This document shows, in pieces, positions 39,110 to 49,134 of a DNA stretch of 64,000 bases (positions within the stretch are counted from its first letter, which is position 1; each line of letters opens with the position of its first letter). The translations under genes were made by a program, and so were the position numbers. The notes below the pieces were generated by a model that saw only the letters and a program-made list of their open reading frames with translations, did no database searches and was not told the origin of the DNA. The DNA comes from a virus. Lineage: Duplodnaviria; Caudoviricetes. The stretch covers positions 9,046 to 73,045 of the IMG/VR virus record IMGVR_UViG_3300028591_000184; one strand, written 5' to 3'.

Positions 39110-39117
39110 TACCTTTG
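39110..39117 (+). promoter_or_regulatory. early promoter TACCTTTG
   Basis: TAnnTTTG match ahead of the first rightward gene. Confidence 0.65.
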
Positions 39118-39208
39118 CAGTACAAAATTAAAGAATATGTTTAACCAAAAGGAGCGGAACGGCAGCAGGCTCGCTGGCAATGTCAGAATTTAGGCTGTCA
39201 CAAATATT

Positions 39209-39715
39209 ATGGGTAAAACTAAAGAAACGAAAGTCATGAATGTAGAAAGTGTAAAAACAGCTATCGAAAACGGTGAGGAGTTAACGTTATCACAGACGAT
39301 AAACGCTTATCTGGCAATTCACGCAGTGGAACATTACTGCGCTGCCGTTGGTGCAAATGTGGAAGCAGTGCAGAAGTGTTTAAATTTGTGCCAAAAGGAG
39401 GAGGGAGTTTGGTGGCTCTATACCTGTCCTGCCATTGACGGCACGAACTCCGACGGCACGCAGCAACCGACAAAACAGGAGTGGAAAGAAAAGAACCCTG
39501 CTGCCGTAGAAGTGGGAAACATAAACGGGAAGTGCTGGTTTAAGCGTCCGTTTGTCATTGGTGACGCTCGAGGTGTGCGCAGTGTTGTTGCTGCCTTAGA
39601 CAATTACACCGAAGCAAAGCGGACTGCAAAAGAGCGTGAAACGGCAAAGATAGCAGCCGCAGCCGCAGTGCTTGGGGTTGACGTTGAAACGTTGTTAGCT
39701 CTGAAAAAGAAGTAA
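39209..39715 (+). CDS. early hypothetical protein (168 aa)
   Basis: ORF track; followed by a terminator. Confidence 0.75.
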   Translation: MGKTKETKVMNVESVKTAIENGEELTLSQTINAYLAIHAVEHYCAAVGANVEAVQKCLNLCQKEEGVWWLYTCPAIDGTNSDGTQQPTKQEWKEKNPAAVEVGNINGKCWFKRPFVIGDARGVRSVVAALDNYTEAKRTAKERETAKIAAAAAVLGVDVETLLALKKK

Positions 39716-39739
39716 GAAACGACACGACACGCACGAAAG

Positions 39740-39773
39740 CAGGGAGCACTTAAAAAAGTGCTCCTTCTTTTCT
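39740..39773 (+). terminator. rho-independent terminator
   Basis: GGGAGCACT-TAAAAA-AGTGCTCCT followed by TCTTTTCTTT. Confidence 0.7.
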
Positions 39774-39870
39774 TTCGCACTTTGTCAAATGTAGCTTGAA
39801 TTTATTTCAAACGGTTGCAAGCCCGAACAAATACAGAGCAGACAAGTAATAACAATTTAAACGAACGAAC

Positions 39871-40182
39871 ATGAACAGAACAGAGAAAATGATGGCTGAG
39901 CGTATGAAATGGCGCATCGGTCGTGGCGCAGGCTCGGTAGAGTTACAGCGCAGTGAATGGCTGAGGAAAACGAGAGCCGAGAGAAAACAGGACAATTCTT
40001 CCGTCATCCTCGTTGTTAACGGATGGCTTGAGTATCACCCGCAGACGATACGTCAGGCAAAAATCGAGGGACTGAGCATTATCAATCAGTTACGAGCCAT
40101 GCCACACCATAAGCGTGACATCCTGACGGCTGAGGTTTATGACAAGAACACAATGATAAAGTTATGGGAGGCAGAGCGATGA
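39871..40182 (+). CDS. hypothetical protein
   Basis: ORF track. Confidence 0.65.
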   Translation: MNRTEKMMAERMKWRIGRGAGSVELQRSEWLRKTRAERKQDNSSVILVVNGWLEYHPQTIRQAKIEGLSIINQLRAMPHHKRDILTAEVYDKNTMIKLWEAER

Positions 40183-40352
40183 ACGAAGAATATTTCCTGT
40201 ATTTCGGCAGCGGTGGTGGAACATGGCTGCCTTGCGAGAGTATTTTTGATGCTGTCAGACAGCGTGACGCATACGCAGGGCGTTGCGGTCATTCTGTCAA
40301 GGACTGGCACATCATTCAGAGGTTTAACGGATATTGGTTCGATATAGTATGA
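40179..40352 (+). CDS. hypothetical protein
   Basis: ATGA overlap; start MNEEYF. Confidence 0.55.
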   Translation: MNEEYFLYFGSGGGTWLPCESIFDAVRQRDAYAGRCGHSVKDWHIIQRFNGYWFDIV

Positions 40353-40386
40353 AAAAGATATATGAATTTTTTAAGCAAATAAGATT

Positions 40387-40602
40387 ATGTTACATATAGT
40401 TGCTGAGCGGTTCCTGAGAATTGCAAACCGCCATTTGAATGAGTCAAAGATTTGGTCGGAAATATCGAGCAGACAGGAAGATTTTTTCGGCAAACGATAC
40501 GCGAACAGGAAAGCGAGTGAGCATTTACAGATGGTTAAATACTGGTACATGGCAATCGACAATCTACACTACAAGAAAGGAACGTGGGCGTACACGTTCT
40601 GA
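40387..40602 (+). CDS. hypothetical protein
   Basis: ORF track. Confidence 0.5.
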   Translation: MLHIVAERFLRIANRHLNESKIWSEISSRQEDFFGKRYANRKASEHLQMVKYWYMAIDNLHYKKGTWAYTF

Positions 40603-40620
40603 ACAACACAGAGCACACTC

Positions 40621-41596
40621 AGTACGATAACTGAGTGTAATGTGGCTACCGATTTATCGGTACTGGTTGCAAGCCCAGACAGACAACATTCAAGCGGTTA
40701 GAGCGTATGCCGAGGGGCGCAAGTCATAGCGGCAGCCGTTACGCAGGTGAAACCGATAGCGAACGAAGACACATGGTGTCGGGCGTCGTGAAAGGGGAGT
40801 AGCCGAGAGGACAGCAGCCTGACGGCTGAAATGGTGAGCGACATGTCTACGTCCCGGTTCCTCTTAAAAAATCATATTCTTTTAGATTATTATCTCATCT
40901 CGTGATGAGAGTACGATAATAGCCGGATGGCTACTTTCCGAGAGCGACTGCGTTAGCGCAGTACGATAAATCAGCGGATTTGTCGTGGTGGTTCCCGCCA
41001 AAAGTACGATAATTCATTTAATCACTTTAGCAGATTATCGGGTCGTGTGCTTTTTGAGCAGTACGATAATTGCCTCGTTTCAGTCTGATTTGATGTCGGG
41101 CTGGGCGTTGGTTGAGAGTTGTGTTGTTCGGGTACGATTACGGCTGCGTTGAAAGATATTACGGGTGTAAGACCCACAGCATAAAGAATGGTTGGCAGAG
41201 GATTCAAAAACTGCCATTATCCCACGGTTGCGAGTGAAGATGCCGAAAGGGTCTCGCAGGAGAGAATGAAAACGATAATAAAAACGAAGTGGGAGAGACT
41301 ACGAGAGCAGTACGATAATTCCGTATTGCTCTTGCCACAACCCAACTAAAAGTTATGAAAAGAGTACTTTTGCATTTGCAGGCATTGGCATTATTTCTTC
41401 CGTGCCTGCTCGTTTTGAGCGATGGGCATTTCCTTGTGAATGTCCTCGGAGTTGTTTATGTGGCGGTTTTGTACCGCCTGAGTAGTACGAGAAAGGGAAA
41501 GAAATTCTTTCTCAGATACTACCATGAAATTCTCCGTTTGGAGAACATGATGTAGTCTTTCGCTGTGCATACCTGTCGGTGTGCGCAGTACGATAT
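40621..41596 (+). repeat. dispersed AGTACGATAA motif array, mostly hairpin-preceded
   Basis: exact copies at 40621, 40910, 40960, 41003, 41060, 41309; variants at 41131 and 41587. Confidence 0.8.
41355..41555 (+). CDS. small membrane protein
   Basis: two hydrophobic segments followed by a basic tail. Confidence 0.65.
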   Translation: MKRVLLHLQALALFLPCLLVLSDGHFLVNVLGVVYVAVLYRLSSTRKGKKFFLRYYHEILRLENMM

Positions 41597-41780
41597 TTTT
41601 CGGGTATAGATTTTTGAAGGCGAAGTCCTCTTGAGCCGTCCCGCCTGTGTTGTGAGCAGGGAAAACGACTGAAAATCGGACGCACGGAAGGAAAACCGTA
41701 AGACAATAAAACCTGAGCGAGTCTCGTAGGGGAGTGCGATAATACTCTCCTCTATTTTATAAACCAACTAAAATAGAGTT

Positions 41781-42011
41781 ATGACAAATTATCGTTGCAT
41801 CGTGACCATGAAGAATGGTTCACACAAAATCGTGCGCATGGCAAAGAATGTCATGGCACATGTAGTTTATGAGTTCAGAAAATATCAGCAGAGCATATTC
41901 AGCGACATTGTGTTGCTGGAGTTGCCGGCTGACGTATGGTTGTTGCTGAACGAGGTAAAGAACCTCGTTTTTATCAACGAGTACACGGGAGAGAAGCTTG
42001 AGATTGCGTAG
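41781..42011 (+). CDS. hypothetical protein
   Basis: bounded by cassette elements. Confidence 0.7.
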   Translation: MTNYRCIVTMKNGSHKIVRMAKNVMAHVVYEFRKYQQSIFSDIVLLELPADVWLLLNEVKNLVFINEYTGEKLEIA

Positions 42012-42059
42012 TCTTTCGGGAGTCTTGCATGGCTCCCACAGTTTAACCAATTAAAAGTT

Positions 42060-42245
42060 ATGAAAATTTACAAGATTGTGCACGACCCTGGCGGTTGGTG
42101 TGTAGCCTATTTCGCAGGCTTGCACGAGAATGGCGAAAGCCGTTGGCACAGAATTTCCAACCTCTACATGTACAGAGGTTGGGCTCAGGCGTTTGCTCGT
42201 AGGATGAAGATAAAAGTCATCAACTACGAGAGTTATTTCAAGTAG
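42060..42245 (+). CDS. hypothetical protein
   Basis: bounded by cassette elements. Confidence 0.7.
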   Translation: MKIYKIVHDPGGWCVAYFAGLHENGESRWHRISNLYMYRGWAQAFARRMKIKVINYESYFK

Positions 42246-42321
42246 TCTTTTCGGCATGGGTGGGTTTTATTCGTTCGTTTGCCCGCCTGTGCTGACTATG
42301 TTTAACCAAAGAAAAGATGAT

Positions 42322-42528
42322 ATGAAGTATTTCAGAGTAAAAAAAGAGTACGATAATGTTCGCAGGAACGATGTCGACATATTGGTACAGAATGAGTTGT
42401 ATACAGAACGAGAGGTAGACAGGTTCAAAATACCTAAGAAGTATCTCGCCGTTGTCAACGTACGGAAGAACGACACATATTGGTTTTTCGGAGCACGTTT
42501 CTCGTCTGATGTTCCATATTCATCCTAA
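42322..42528 (+). CDS. hypothetical protein
   Basis: start trimmed to MKYFRV after TTTAACCAAA leader. Confidence 0.7.
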   Translation: MKYFRVKKEYDNVRRNDVDILVQNELYTEREVDRFKIPKKYLAVVNVRKNDTYWFFGARFSSDVPYSS

Positions 42529-42586
42529 AGTCTCAGCAGCCATAAAACGGCTGCGCTATTGTTTAACCAACTAAAAGTAAAAGAGT

Positions 42587-44278
42587 ATGTTATTTTTTAA
42601 AAATGCGTTTAAGAACTACGAGGAGTTCAAGGAACTCTTCGGAGTACAGGAACACGGCAACGGAGAGAAGTCTCGTAGAAACAAAATCCTTCTGTCCTTG
42701 TATAAAAGCAAGGACATCTTGCACATGATGGCAAATCAGAAGGAGGTCTTCGAGAAAGGCGACTTTCGTTGGCTCTGCCGAAAGGAGTACCCGATGGGTG
42801 TAAGTTTCTACGACATAACGAGCATGACCTCGTTAGGTTTTGAAATTATGCACCTCCTCAAGAATGAGAGTTCTATGAGAGGTGTCTACTACCTTGACAT
42901 CCCGCTTCTCGGGTCTGTAAAAAGTAGTCTGTTTGAGTCAGACGACTTTCACGGATTGTGCGAGGATGGCGATGTCCGTTCCATCCGCTACGTCAACGTA
43001 GAGCGCCAGCGTGTCTTCAAGATGCGCGCAGGAAAATTCATGCGTAAGCTGATTGAGGAAAACGTGCGTCTCGACCAAATTCTTCCCGAGCAGGTGAAGA
43101 TATGGTTCTGTGAGGATTTTGCCGAACGTTGGAAGGCGTATGCCTCCAACGAAATCAACGACGACAGATATACGCTGTTTGTCAACGACAACTTCGAGGA
43201 CATCTACGACAGCGGACGCTGCCGAGGAGATTTCGGCTCCTGCATGGTCAATGATGGCTACTGGACTTTCTACCGAGATAGCGTGAAGGCGAAAGCCGCC
43301 TATCTGGAGGATAAAAACGGTGACATCGTCGCCCGTTGCATCATCTACACCGAGGTGCACGATGGTCTTGGAAATATCCTCCGCCTTGCTGAGCGTCAGT
43401 ATTCGTCAGATGGTGACGAGACGCTGAAACGTTTGCTTGTCATGCGCCTCATCGGGGGTGGTCACATCGACGGCTACAAGCGTGTTGGTGCTGACTGTCA
43501 TTCGCCGAAGGCGTTTGTCGATACCGACGGCAATGCGCTGAAGAATTGTGACCTTTGGATAGATTGTAATCTGAGAGACTACGATACCGTATCTTATCAA
43601 GACTCGTTCAAGGATTACGAACCTGACGAGTGTGTTGCAAGAAATTGTGACTCGATTGATAACCTATCCATCACGGATGGGGTTTTCAATAGAGGCGAGT
43701 GGTCTGAGTACCACGATGAGTATATCTCCGAAAACGACGCATATTACGTCGAAACAAGAGATGACTATTTCTATTATAACGAGGTAGTCAGTGCCAGCGT
43801 AATGCGGAATGGTAGGTATTATTCCGAGTACTGTTTCGAGGAAGACTGCGTCGAAATCGGCAATAATTATTACTACGCCGGTCACAATGCAGAGGACTAC
43901 GAGGACTATGGCATCGGACGATGCCCTGAATGTGGTAACTACTTCCTTGAAGACTGCGGGCATTATTCAGATGTCACAGACGAAACATACTGTGACTATT
44001 ACTGTCTTCAAAAGGCAGAACAACGTTACAAGGAAGATAACTGGTTCTACTCAGAGTACGACGATGACTATTACGAGGACGGTGATGAAGTTGTGACGGC
44101 ATGGAAGTGGGATTTTCTGCTCCACCGCTATGTGGAAACATCCATCCATTGCGACTCTCTCAAAGAACTCTTTGAGGTCAATGAGGCTTCCTATTTTGAA
44201 GGGAGGTATTACCTCGACAAAGTCGGCTTCGACGGTGAACCTGCGCACATTGCCGCCGCCCAGCTCCATGTCGCTTAA
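42587..44278 (+). CDS. uncharacterised 563-aa protein with GSCM...ARCIIY domain and acidic Tyr/Cys-rich C-terminus
   Basis: ORF track; motifs read from the translation. Confidence 0.75.
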   Translation: MLFFKNAFKNYEEFKELFGVQEHGNGEKSRRNKILLSLYKSKDILHMMANQKEVFEKGDFRWLCRKEYPMGVSFYDITSMTSLGFEIMHLLKNESSMRGVYYLDIPLLGSVKSSLFESDDFHGLCEDGDVRSIRYVNVERQRVFKMRAGKFMRKLIEENVRLDQILPEQVKIWFCEDFAERWKAYASNEINDDRYTLFVNDNFEDIYDSGRCRGDFGSCMVNDGYWTFYRDSVKAKAAYLEDKNGDIVARCIIYTEVHDGLGNILRLAERQYSSDGDETLKRLLVMRLIGGGHIDGYKRVGADCHSPKAFVDTDGNALKNCDLWIDCNLRDYDTVSYQDSFKDYEPDECVARNCDSIDNLSITDGVFNRGEWSEYHDEYISENDAYYVETRDDYFYYNEVVSASVMRNGRYYSEYCFEEDCVEIGNNYYYAGHNAEDYEDYGIGRCPECGNYFLEDCGHYSDVTDETYCDYYCLQKAEQRYKEDNWFYSEYDDDYYEDGDEVVTAWKWDFLLHRYVETSIHCDSLKELFEVNEASYFEGRYYLDKVGFDGEPAHIAAAQLHVA

Positions 44279-44347
44279 TTAAGTCTCTAAGGGTGTGTCT
44301 TGCATGACACATCCGCTATATATAAACCAACTAAAATTTTATAGAAT

Positions 44348-45358
44348 ATGAACAAAGAATTATTATTCAATTTGTATGCCATCCACTCTCCGAGTGGTGG
44401 TGAGAAGAAGATGCGCAAGTTTATCAAAAGGTACATCGCACAGAACTGCGGTGAGGTAGAGGTCGTACAGGATGCTCTCGGCAATCTGTTATGCACGAAG
44501 GGGGTCTCTGACACCTATCCATGCCTTGCGTCGCACATCGACCAAGTACAGCATAAGCATTCTCGTGATTTCGTTTGTATCGAGTCACAAGGAGTGGTAT
44601 TCGGTTTTTCTCCGAAATGCCGCGAGCAGCAGGGGCTTGGCGCAGACGACAAGAACGGAATTTACATCTGTCTTGAATGTCTGAAAAAATACGATGTCTT
44701 GAAAGTTGCCTTCTTTGTAGGTGAGGAGGTTGGATGCGTCGGCTCTTCCGATGTAGACCTTACGTTCTTCAAGGACTGCAGGTTTATCGTTGAGCCTGAC
44801 CGCAAAGGTCACGCAGACCTCATTACATCCATGTTTTGCGGTGAGGTATGCTCCCCTGAGTTTATAGCAGCTATCGGGGGTGACAAGTTCGGCTATCGCG
44901 AGGAGCATGGTTCCATCACCGATGTCGGCGAACTTGTCGAGCGTGGTGTTGGAATATCCTGTCTGAACCTGTCTTGCGGCTACTACGAGGCTCACACAGA
45001 CCAAGAGTTCACGGTTCTGTCAGAACTTGAAAACTGTCATCATTTCGTTGAGACCATCATTGAGACCTGTTCTGACGTTTTCCCGTTTGAGTATGTAGAT
45101 AGATGGGGATATTATAATGGCTACGGTGGCTATTTTGGTGGCTTTCATCACTATGATGAAGAATATTGGAACGGAGGGTATTACGATGAGGATTTCGACA
45201 TGATGACAGAAATCCTCCACTCACGGCCAGGGATGACGTTTGAGGAGGTTTCAACCGACTATGGTATCAATTTCTACACGCATAGGATGAGCGAATTGGA
45301 AGAAATCTACAATGATGTCAAAGCCCTGATGCGAGATGAAAAGAAGAAAGTCTCTTGA
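44348..45358 (+). CDS. M20/M28-family zinc metallopeptidase
   Basis: SHID, GLGADDKNG, GEEVG, EPDR, GYYEAH metal-ligand motifs. Confidence 0.85.
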   Translation: MNKELLFNLYAIHSPSGGEKKMRKFIKRYIAQNCGEVEVVQDALGNLLCTKGVSDTYPCLASHIDQVQHKHSRDFVCIESQGVVFGFSPKCREQQGLGADDKNGIYICLECLKKYDVLKVAFFVGEEVGCVGSSDVDLTFFKDCRFIVEPDRKGHADLITSMFCGEVCSPEFIAAIGGDKFGYREEHGSITDVGELVERGVGISCLNLSCGYYEAHTDQEFTVLSELENCHHFVETIIETCSDVFPFEYVDRWGYYNGYGGYFGGFHHYDEEYWNGGYYDEDFDMMTEILHSRPGMTFEEVSTDYGINFYTHRMSELEEIYNDVKALMRDEKKKVS

Positions 45359-45414
45359 GGTGTGTGTGGCGGGAAACCGCCATACACTAACAATATAAAC
45401 CAAAATATATAATT

Positions 45415-45762
45415 ATGAACGAAGTGTATATCATCGAATTTGAAGCCTACCACCATTATAGTGGTACGGATATGGAAAACAGAACCGAAAGGGCTGTCTT
45501 TGGTGTCTTCGACACAGGGCGAAGAGCCATCTGCTATCTGCGTCGGTTTCTTGACGAGAAAGATAAATACTTAGAGTATTTTGACCACTATCTGAAAACG
45601 GAGGAAGATAAAGCTGGCTATATGTCGGCAGAGGCTCGCCGCAGGTATCGGAGTGAGTGTGAAAGCTACAAAGAACTCGTGACGGAAAGGTTGACGATGC
45701 GACGTATGCGTATAAACGAGCTCAGAGCTCCGAGTGAAGAGATAGTCGACCTGTATTGTTAG
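45415..45762 (+). CDS. hypothetical protein
   Basis: cassette-bounded ORF. Confidence 0.7.
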   Translation: MNEVYIIEFEAYHHYSGTDMENRTERAVFGVFDTGRRAICYLRRFLDEKDKYLEYFDHYLKTEEDKAGYMSAEARRRYRSECESYKELVTERLTMRRMRINELRAPSEEIVDLYC

Positions 45763-45805
45763 TCTCTCATGTGACCTGTATGGTCACAGCCAAAAAATAA
45801 CCAAT

Positions 45806-46129
45806 ATGCAAATCAGATTACAATTCATCAATGGTGTCTTCATGCCGACGGATGCCGTCAGTATACAGCGTCTTTCCGATACAATCAGGAGAGAGTACAT
45901 ACCGGAAAGCTTGTTTGACAGATATTCGCCAGTTCTCGTAAGAAATGGTTACTCACTTTCCGTCGCTGGCTACAATCCAGAACCTACTACTGTGCCTCTT
46001 CGTACAACGACGGGATTGTGTGACAATACAAAGCCCGTCTCTAACCCATGTACGAAATGCCATCTGCGTGAAGTTTGCGACAGCGACGACTGCGGTCGTA
46101 AACTGTTCAGTCTCTTTAGCCGTAGATAA
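45806..46129 (+). CDS. hypothetical protein with C-terminal Cys cluster
   Basis: CxxC...CxxxxC; 3' end runs through a cassette element. Confidence 0.6.
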   Translation: MQIRLQFINGVFMPTDAVSIQRLSDTIRREYIPESLFDRYSPVLVRNGYSLSVAGYNPEPTTVPLRTTTGLCDNTKPVSNPCTKCHLREVCDSDDCGRKLFSLFSRR

Positions 46130-46167
46130 AATACGGCACGAAACATAACCAATTAAAACGAAGTGAT

Positions 46168-46449
46168 ATGAATAACAACGCATGGAATTATTACAAGAGA
46201 GAAATCAGCCCCGCCGTTTGCAAGCTAAAGGAAAAGGTGTGGCCTAAGCCGTTTTGGTATGAGGTGTGGATTGACCTCGACGAACGTTTCGATGACGAGG
46301 TATGGCCTGCCATCAAAGGCCTGCCCGTTGAAGCAGCTGCAAAGTATGTGCTCGACTGGCTTATTAACCAAGAACGTTTCTATTCTTCTCCGAGATACTA
46401 TCAGATGCTTGACAGATTAGTTGCCGCTGCTGATTTTCAGCCGGCGTAG
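46168..46449 (+). CDS. hypothetical protein
   Basis: cassette-bounded ORF. Confidence 0.7.
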   Translation: MNNNAWNYYKREISPAVCKLKEKVWPKPFWYEVWIDLDERFDDEVWPAIKGLPVEAAAKYVLDWLINQERFYSSPRYYQMLDRLVAAADFQPA

Positions 46450-46503
46450 TCTTTTATCTCCCCTTGCATGGGGAGAGCCATTAACCATAAAAACGAAACG
46501 AAT

Positions 46504-46761
46504 ATGAAGAAATTTATCCTGACGTATGTCGGTCTCAGCGATTCCGACTACGAGGCCAACGGCTACTCAGAAGCATTCCTCTTCGACACCATTGAAGATG
46601 CGAGACAACATTTGAAGGTGCTTGCCGAGAGTGAACGTTTCAACTGCGACGACGAAGGCTCTGAATACGAAATTCTCAAAGACACCGAGGACGAGTATCG
46701 TATGTCGTGGAGCGGGCACGGAGAGCAGATACGCCTTCAGATCCACGAGGTAAATCTTTAG
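46504..46761 (+). CDS. small acidic protein
   Basis: 85 aa, 20 D/E versus 8 K/R. Confidence 0.7.
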   Translation: MKKFILTYVGLSDSDYEANGYSEAFLFDTIEDARQHLKVLAESERFNCDDEGSEYEILKDTEDEYRMSWSGHGEQIRLQIHEVNL

Positions 46762-46828
46762 TTTTAGTTGGTTGGGGCGAGGAGGAGAGATACCTCCCGC
46801 CCTTTCTATTAACCAAAATTCAAAAAGT

Positions 46829-47053
46829 ATGGCTTACGCAATTTCACTTCAACAAAAAGGCCAGATTGTCGGGTATTTCTGGCTGACGAAAAAGTCTGCA
46901 AAAGTTACCCGCAATCCACACAAAAGACATGGCACTTTCTCTACGCTCTATGAAGCATTCAGCACTTTAGTATTTGATGCGAGACTACAACAAGTTTACG
47001 AAGGTGAATTTTCAAGACTATGCGGTTACAAAAAGAAAATTGTAGAAGTTTAG
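46829..47053 (+). CDS. hypothetical protein
   Basis: start trimmed to MAYAIS. Confidence 0.6.
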   Translation: MAYAISLQQKGQIVGYFWLTKKSAKVTRNPHKRHGTFSTLYEAFSTLVFDARLQQVYEGEFSRLCGYKKKIVEV

Positions 47054-47117
47054 TGTGTTCAGGTGCGGCTATGCTAATACATGACTGCACCTACTATCTA
47101 ACCAAAATGTAATGAAT

Positions 47118-47462
47118 ATGACACGAAAACAGATTTCGGCAGCAGAACAGACTCTGCCACCGTACAGAGAGCGTAGTGCAGAACAAGTGACGTTGGCAAA
47201 AGAACTGCGTTGTCGCAACATGATTAACTCTCTCATGATTTACGGCAACATCAACAGCCCGTATAACGAACAGACAAAAGAATTTAATTTCTATTTGCAT
47301 GATTATGTTTCAGGCGATGAGTTTTCTTTTCTTGGAACCAAACGTGTTCTTGAATTAGTTCGCGAGCAGCAGGAGGATTTTAAGAAAGCCAAAGTGAATA
47401 ACAGTGTCTATGTGGATTGTGAGGGTTGTTCTTATAACTCATGCACATGGGCTGATGATTAG
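47118..47462 (+). CDS. hypothetical protein
   Basis: cassette-bounded ORF. Confidence 0.7.
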   Translation: MTRKQISAAEQTLPPYRERSAEQVTLAKELRCRNMINSLMIYGNINSPYNEQTKEFNFYLHDYVSGDEFSFLGTKRVLELVREQQEDFKKAKVNNSVYVDCEGCSYNSCTWADD

Positions 47463-47518
47463 TCTCGTATGTGGTGATGTCATCACCACAACCACGTCTA
47501 ACCAAAAACTTTGAAAAT

Positions 47519-47788
47519 ATGATTAAGCAGTATGTAGTATTCGGAGATTATGCGGCAAACGCCGCATCCGAAGGTAATTTCACGAGAGTGAAAAGAATTT
47601 GCGAGGACTCACCGAACTCCATCGGCTACCGCACATTCAAGAGTGAAGAAGAACGTCAGGCGTACCTTTGCGGACTTGAAGATGCTACGGGATGGATGGA
47701 AAGCTATCCGCTTAGCACCGACGAAGTAAAAAAGCTATCCAAACGGATACGTCTGTCGGGCATTGAAGACCTTGCTGACAAATGGTAG
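47519..47788 (+). CDS. hypothetical protein
   Basis: start trimmed to MIKQYV. Confidence 0.7.
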   Translation: MIKQYVVFGDYAANAASEGNFTRVKRICEDSPNSIGYRTFKSEEERQAYLCGLEDATGWMESYPLSTDEVKKLSKRIRLSGIEDLADKW

Positions 47789-47839
47789 TCTTACACCCTC
47801 TATGTGAGGGTACGATTGTCTAACCCAAAACAAACGGAT

Positions 47840-48064
47840 ATGAGTCAAGAGAAACGTCACATTTGGCTTCGCTGCGGCATGACCATCGAAGCCACTCCCG
47901 AGGAGGCCGAACGTATCATGCAAGGCGACTCCATCACTTTCGACAATGTTCTTACCGAGGGCCGCTACAAGTTTGTCGGCGACAGTTACATTCCCGCCTG
48001 CGAGGTCGATGATTACAACGAGACATACGGAACGACTCACCTGAGCCGAAACGTAGAGTTGTAG
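47840..48064 (+). CDS. hypothetical protein
   Basis: start trimmed to MSQEKR. Confidence 0.7.
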   Translation: MSQEKRHIWLRCGMTIEATPEEAERIMQGDSITFDNVLTEGRYKFVGDSYIPACEVDDYNETYGTTHLSRNVEL

Positions 48065-48109
48065 AGTGTCTTTCGCGCCTACGGGCGCACTATTATTAAC
48101 CAAAACCTT

Positions 48110-48505
48110 ATGATTATGAGATTACAAGAGAATTTCCAGAATGTGCTCTCCTATGCCGCAGGCATGGAGGCATGGGTAAACGACAATCTCCCACTCGGTC
48201 CGCTGAAGATGACGTTCGCATCAGACTTCGCCATAGCTGATTGGTACGGAGCGAAAGAGGTAAAGGAAACCTACGAGCGTGTCAAGGCCGAATGGCTCAG
48301 CAACTACAAGGCATTTACTGAGGTTGTCATTGCACTGAACATGCTGTCATGGGCGCACAACACGCTCATGAGGCAAGGTATCGACGGACGTGAGCCGTTC
48401 ATCAACCTCTATGCCGAGTTATATTATCAATCGAAAGACGACTTCTATGCCAAGTACGAAGGCAACGAGGAAGCCTGCGACTACTTCTTCGAGATGACCG
48501 ATTAG
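48110..48505 (+). CDS. conserved phage hypothetical protein
   Basis: TFASDFAIADWYG...EWLSNYKAFTE motif. Confidence 0.7.
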   Translation: MIMRLQENFQNVLSYAAGMEAWVNDNLPLGPLKMTFASDFAIADWYGAKEVKETYERVKAEWLSNYKAFTEVVIALNMLSWAHNTLMRQGIDGREPFINLYAELYYQSKDDFYAKYEGNEEACDYFFEMTD

Positions 48506-48559
48506 TCTTTAACCCTCTATTATAGAGGGTACGATGTTTAACCCCTAAAATTAAGGAAT

Positions 48560-48877
48560 ATGCCAGAAACAGTTAAGACCGATGCAAAGCGCATCAACGA
48601 AATCACAGGCCGTCCGATGGCCGAGTGTGAGAACCAGGCAATGCAGATTGCCATGTGTGTGAAAGCCATGAAAACTCGCATCGTCGAGTTTTACTTCATC
48701 AAAAAGGACGGAACGACGCGACAGGCTTTCGGAACCCTTCAGGATGACATCATCCTGCCTCTCATTAACAGCGATAGTAACCGCCCTGCCAATCCTGACC
48801 TCGTCACTTATTTCGATACGGTGGCACAGAACTTCCGCAGTTTTCGCAAGGAGAATTTTAAGTCTTACATAGCATGA
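48560..48877 (+). CDS. SH3/Sm-like beta-barrel protein (DUF2693/WYL_2-like)
   Basis: VEFYFIKKDGTTRQAFGTL...VTYFD...NFRSFR pattern. Confidence 0.7.
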   Translation: MPETVKTDAKRINEITGRPMAECENQAMQIAMCVKAMKTRIVEFYFIKKDGTTRQAFGTLQDDIILPLINSDSNRPANPDLVTYFDTVAQNFRSFRKENFKSYIA

Positions 48878-49077
48878 TGCGCGACAGGGAAGGAAAAATC
48901 ATTCGTGTTGGAGATTGTGTGCTTTGGCACGACCCAGACGAAGAAACGCGGGATTTAACTCGCATTTGGGCCATAGATAAAATCTGTGGAGATAACGAAG
49001 ACTCCATCATCATTATCTCTGATGAGTATGGGAGTGAAGCGGATGTTTTCGGTCACGAACTTGAACTTTATTGTTAG
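48874..49077 (+). CDS. small acidic protein
   Basis: ATGA-coupled to the previous gene. Confidence 0.65.
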   Translation: MMRDREGKIIRVGDCVLWHDPDEETRDLTRIWAIDKICGDNEDSIIIISDEYGSEADVFGHELELYC

Positions 49078-49134
49078 CCTCTCTGCCCACGTTTGCAGGC
49101 GTGGGCGCATTATTTAACCAAATTTTTCACGAAT

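Noticed and set aside
40621-41596. CRISPR or mini-CRISPR array
   Set aside because: The repeat is only 10 nt, spacing is irregular (about 45-290 bp), and no cas gene is in the window
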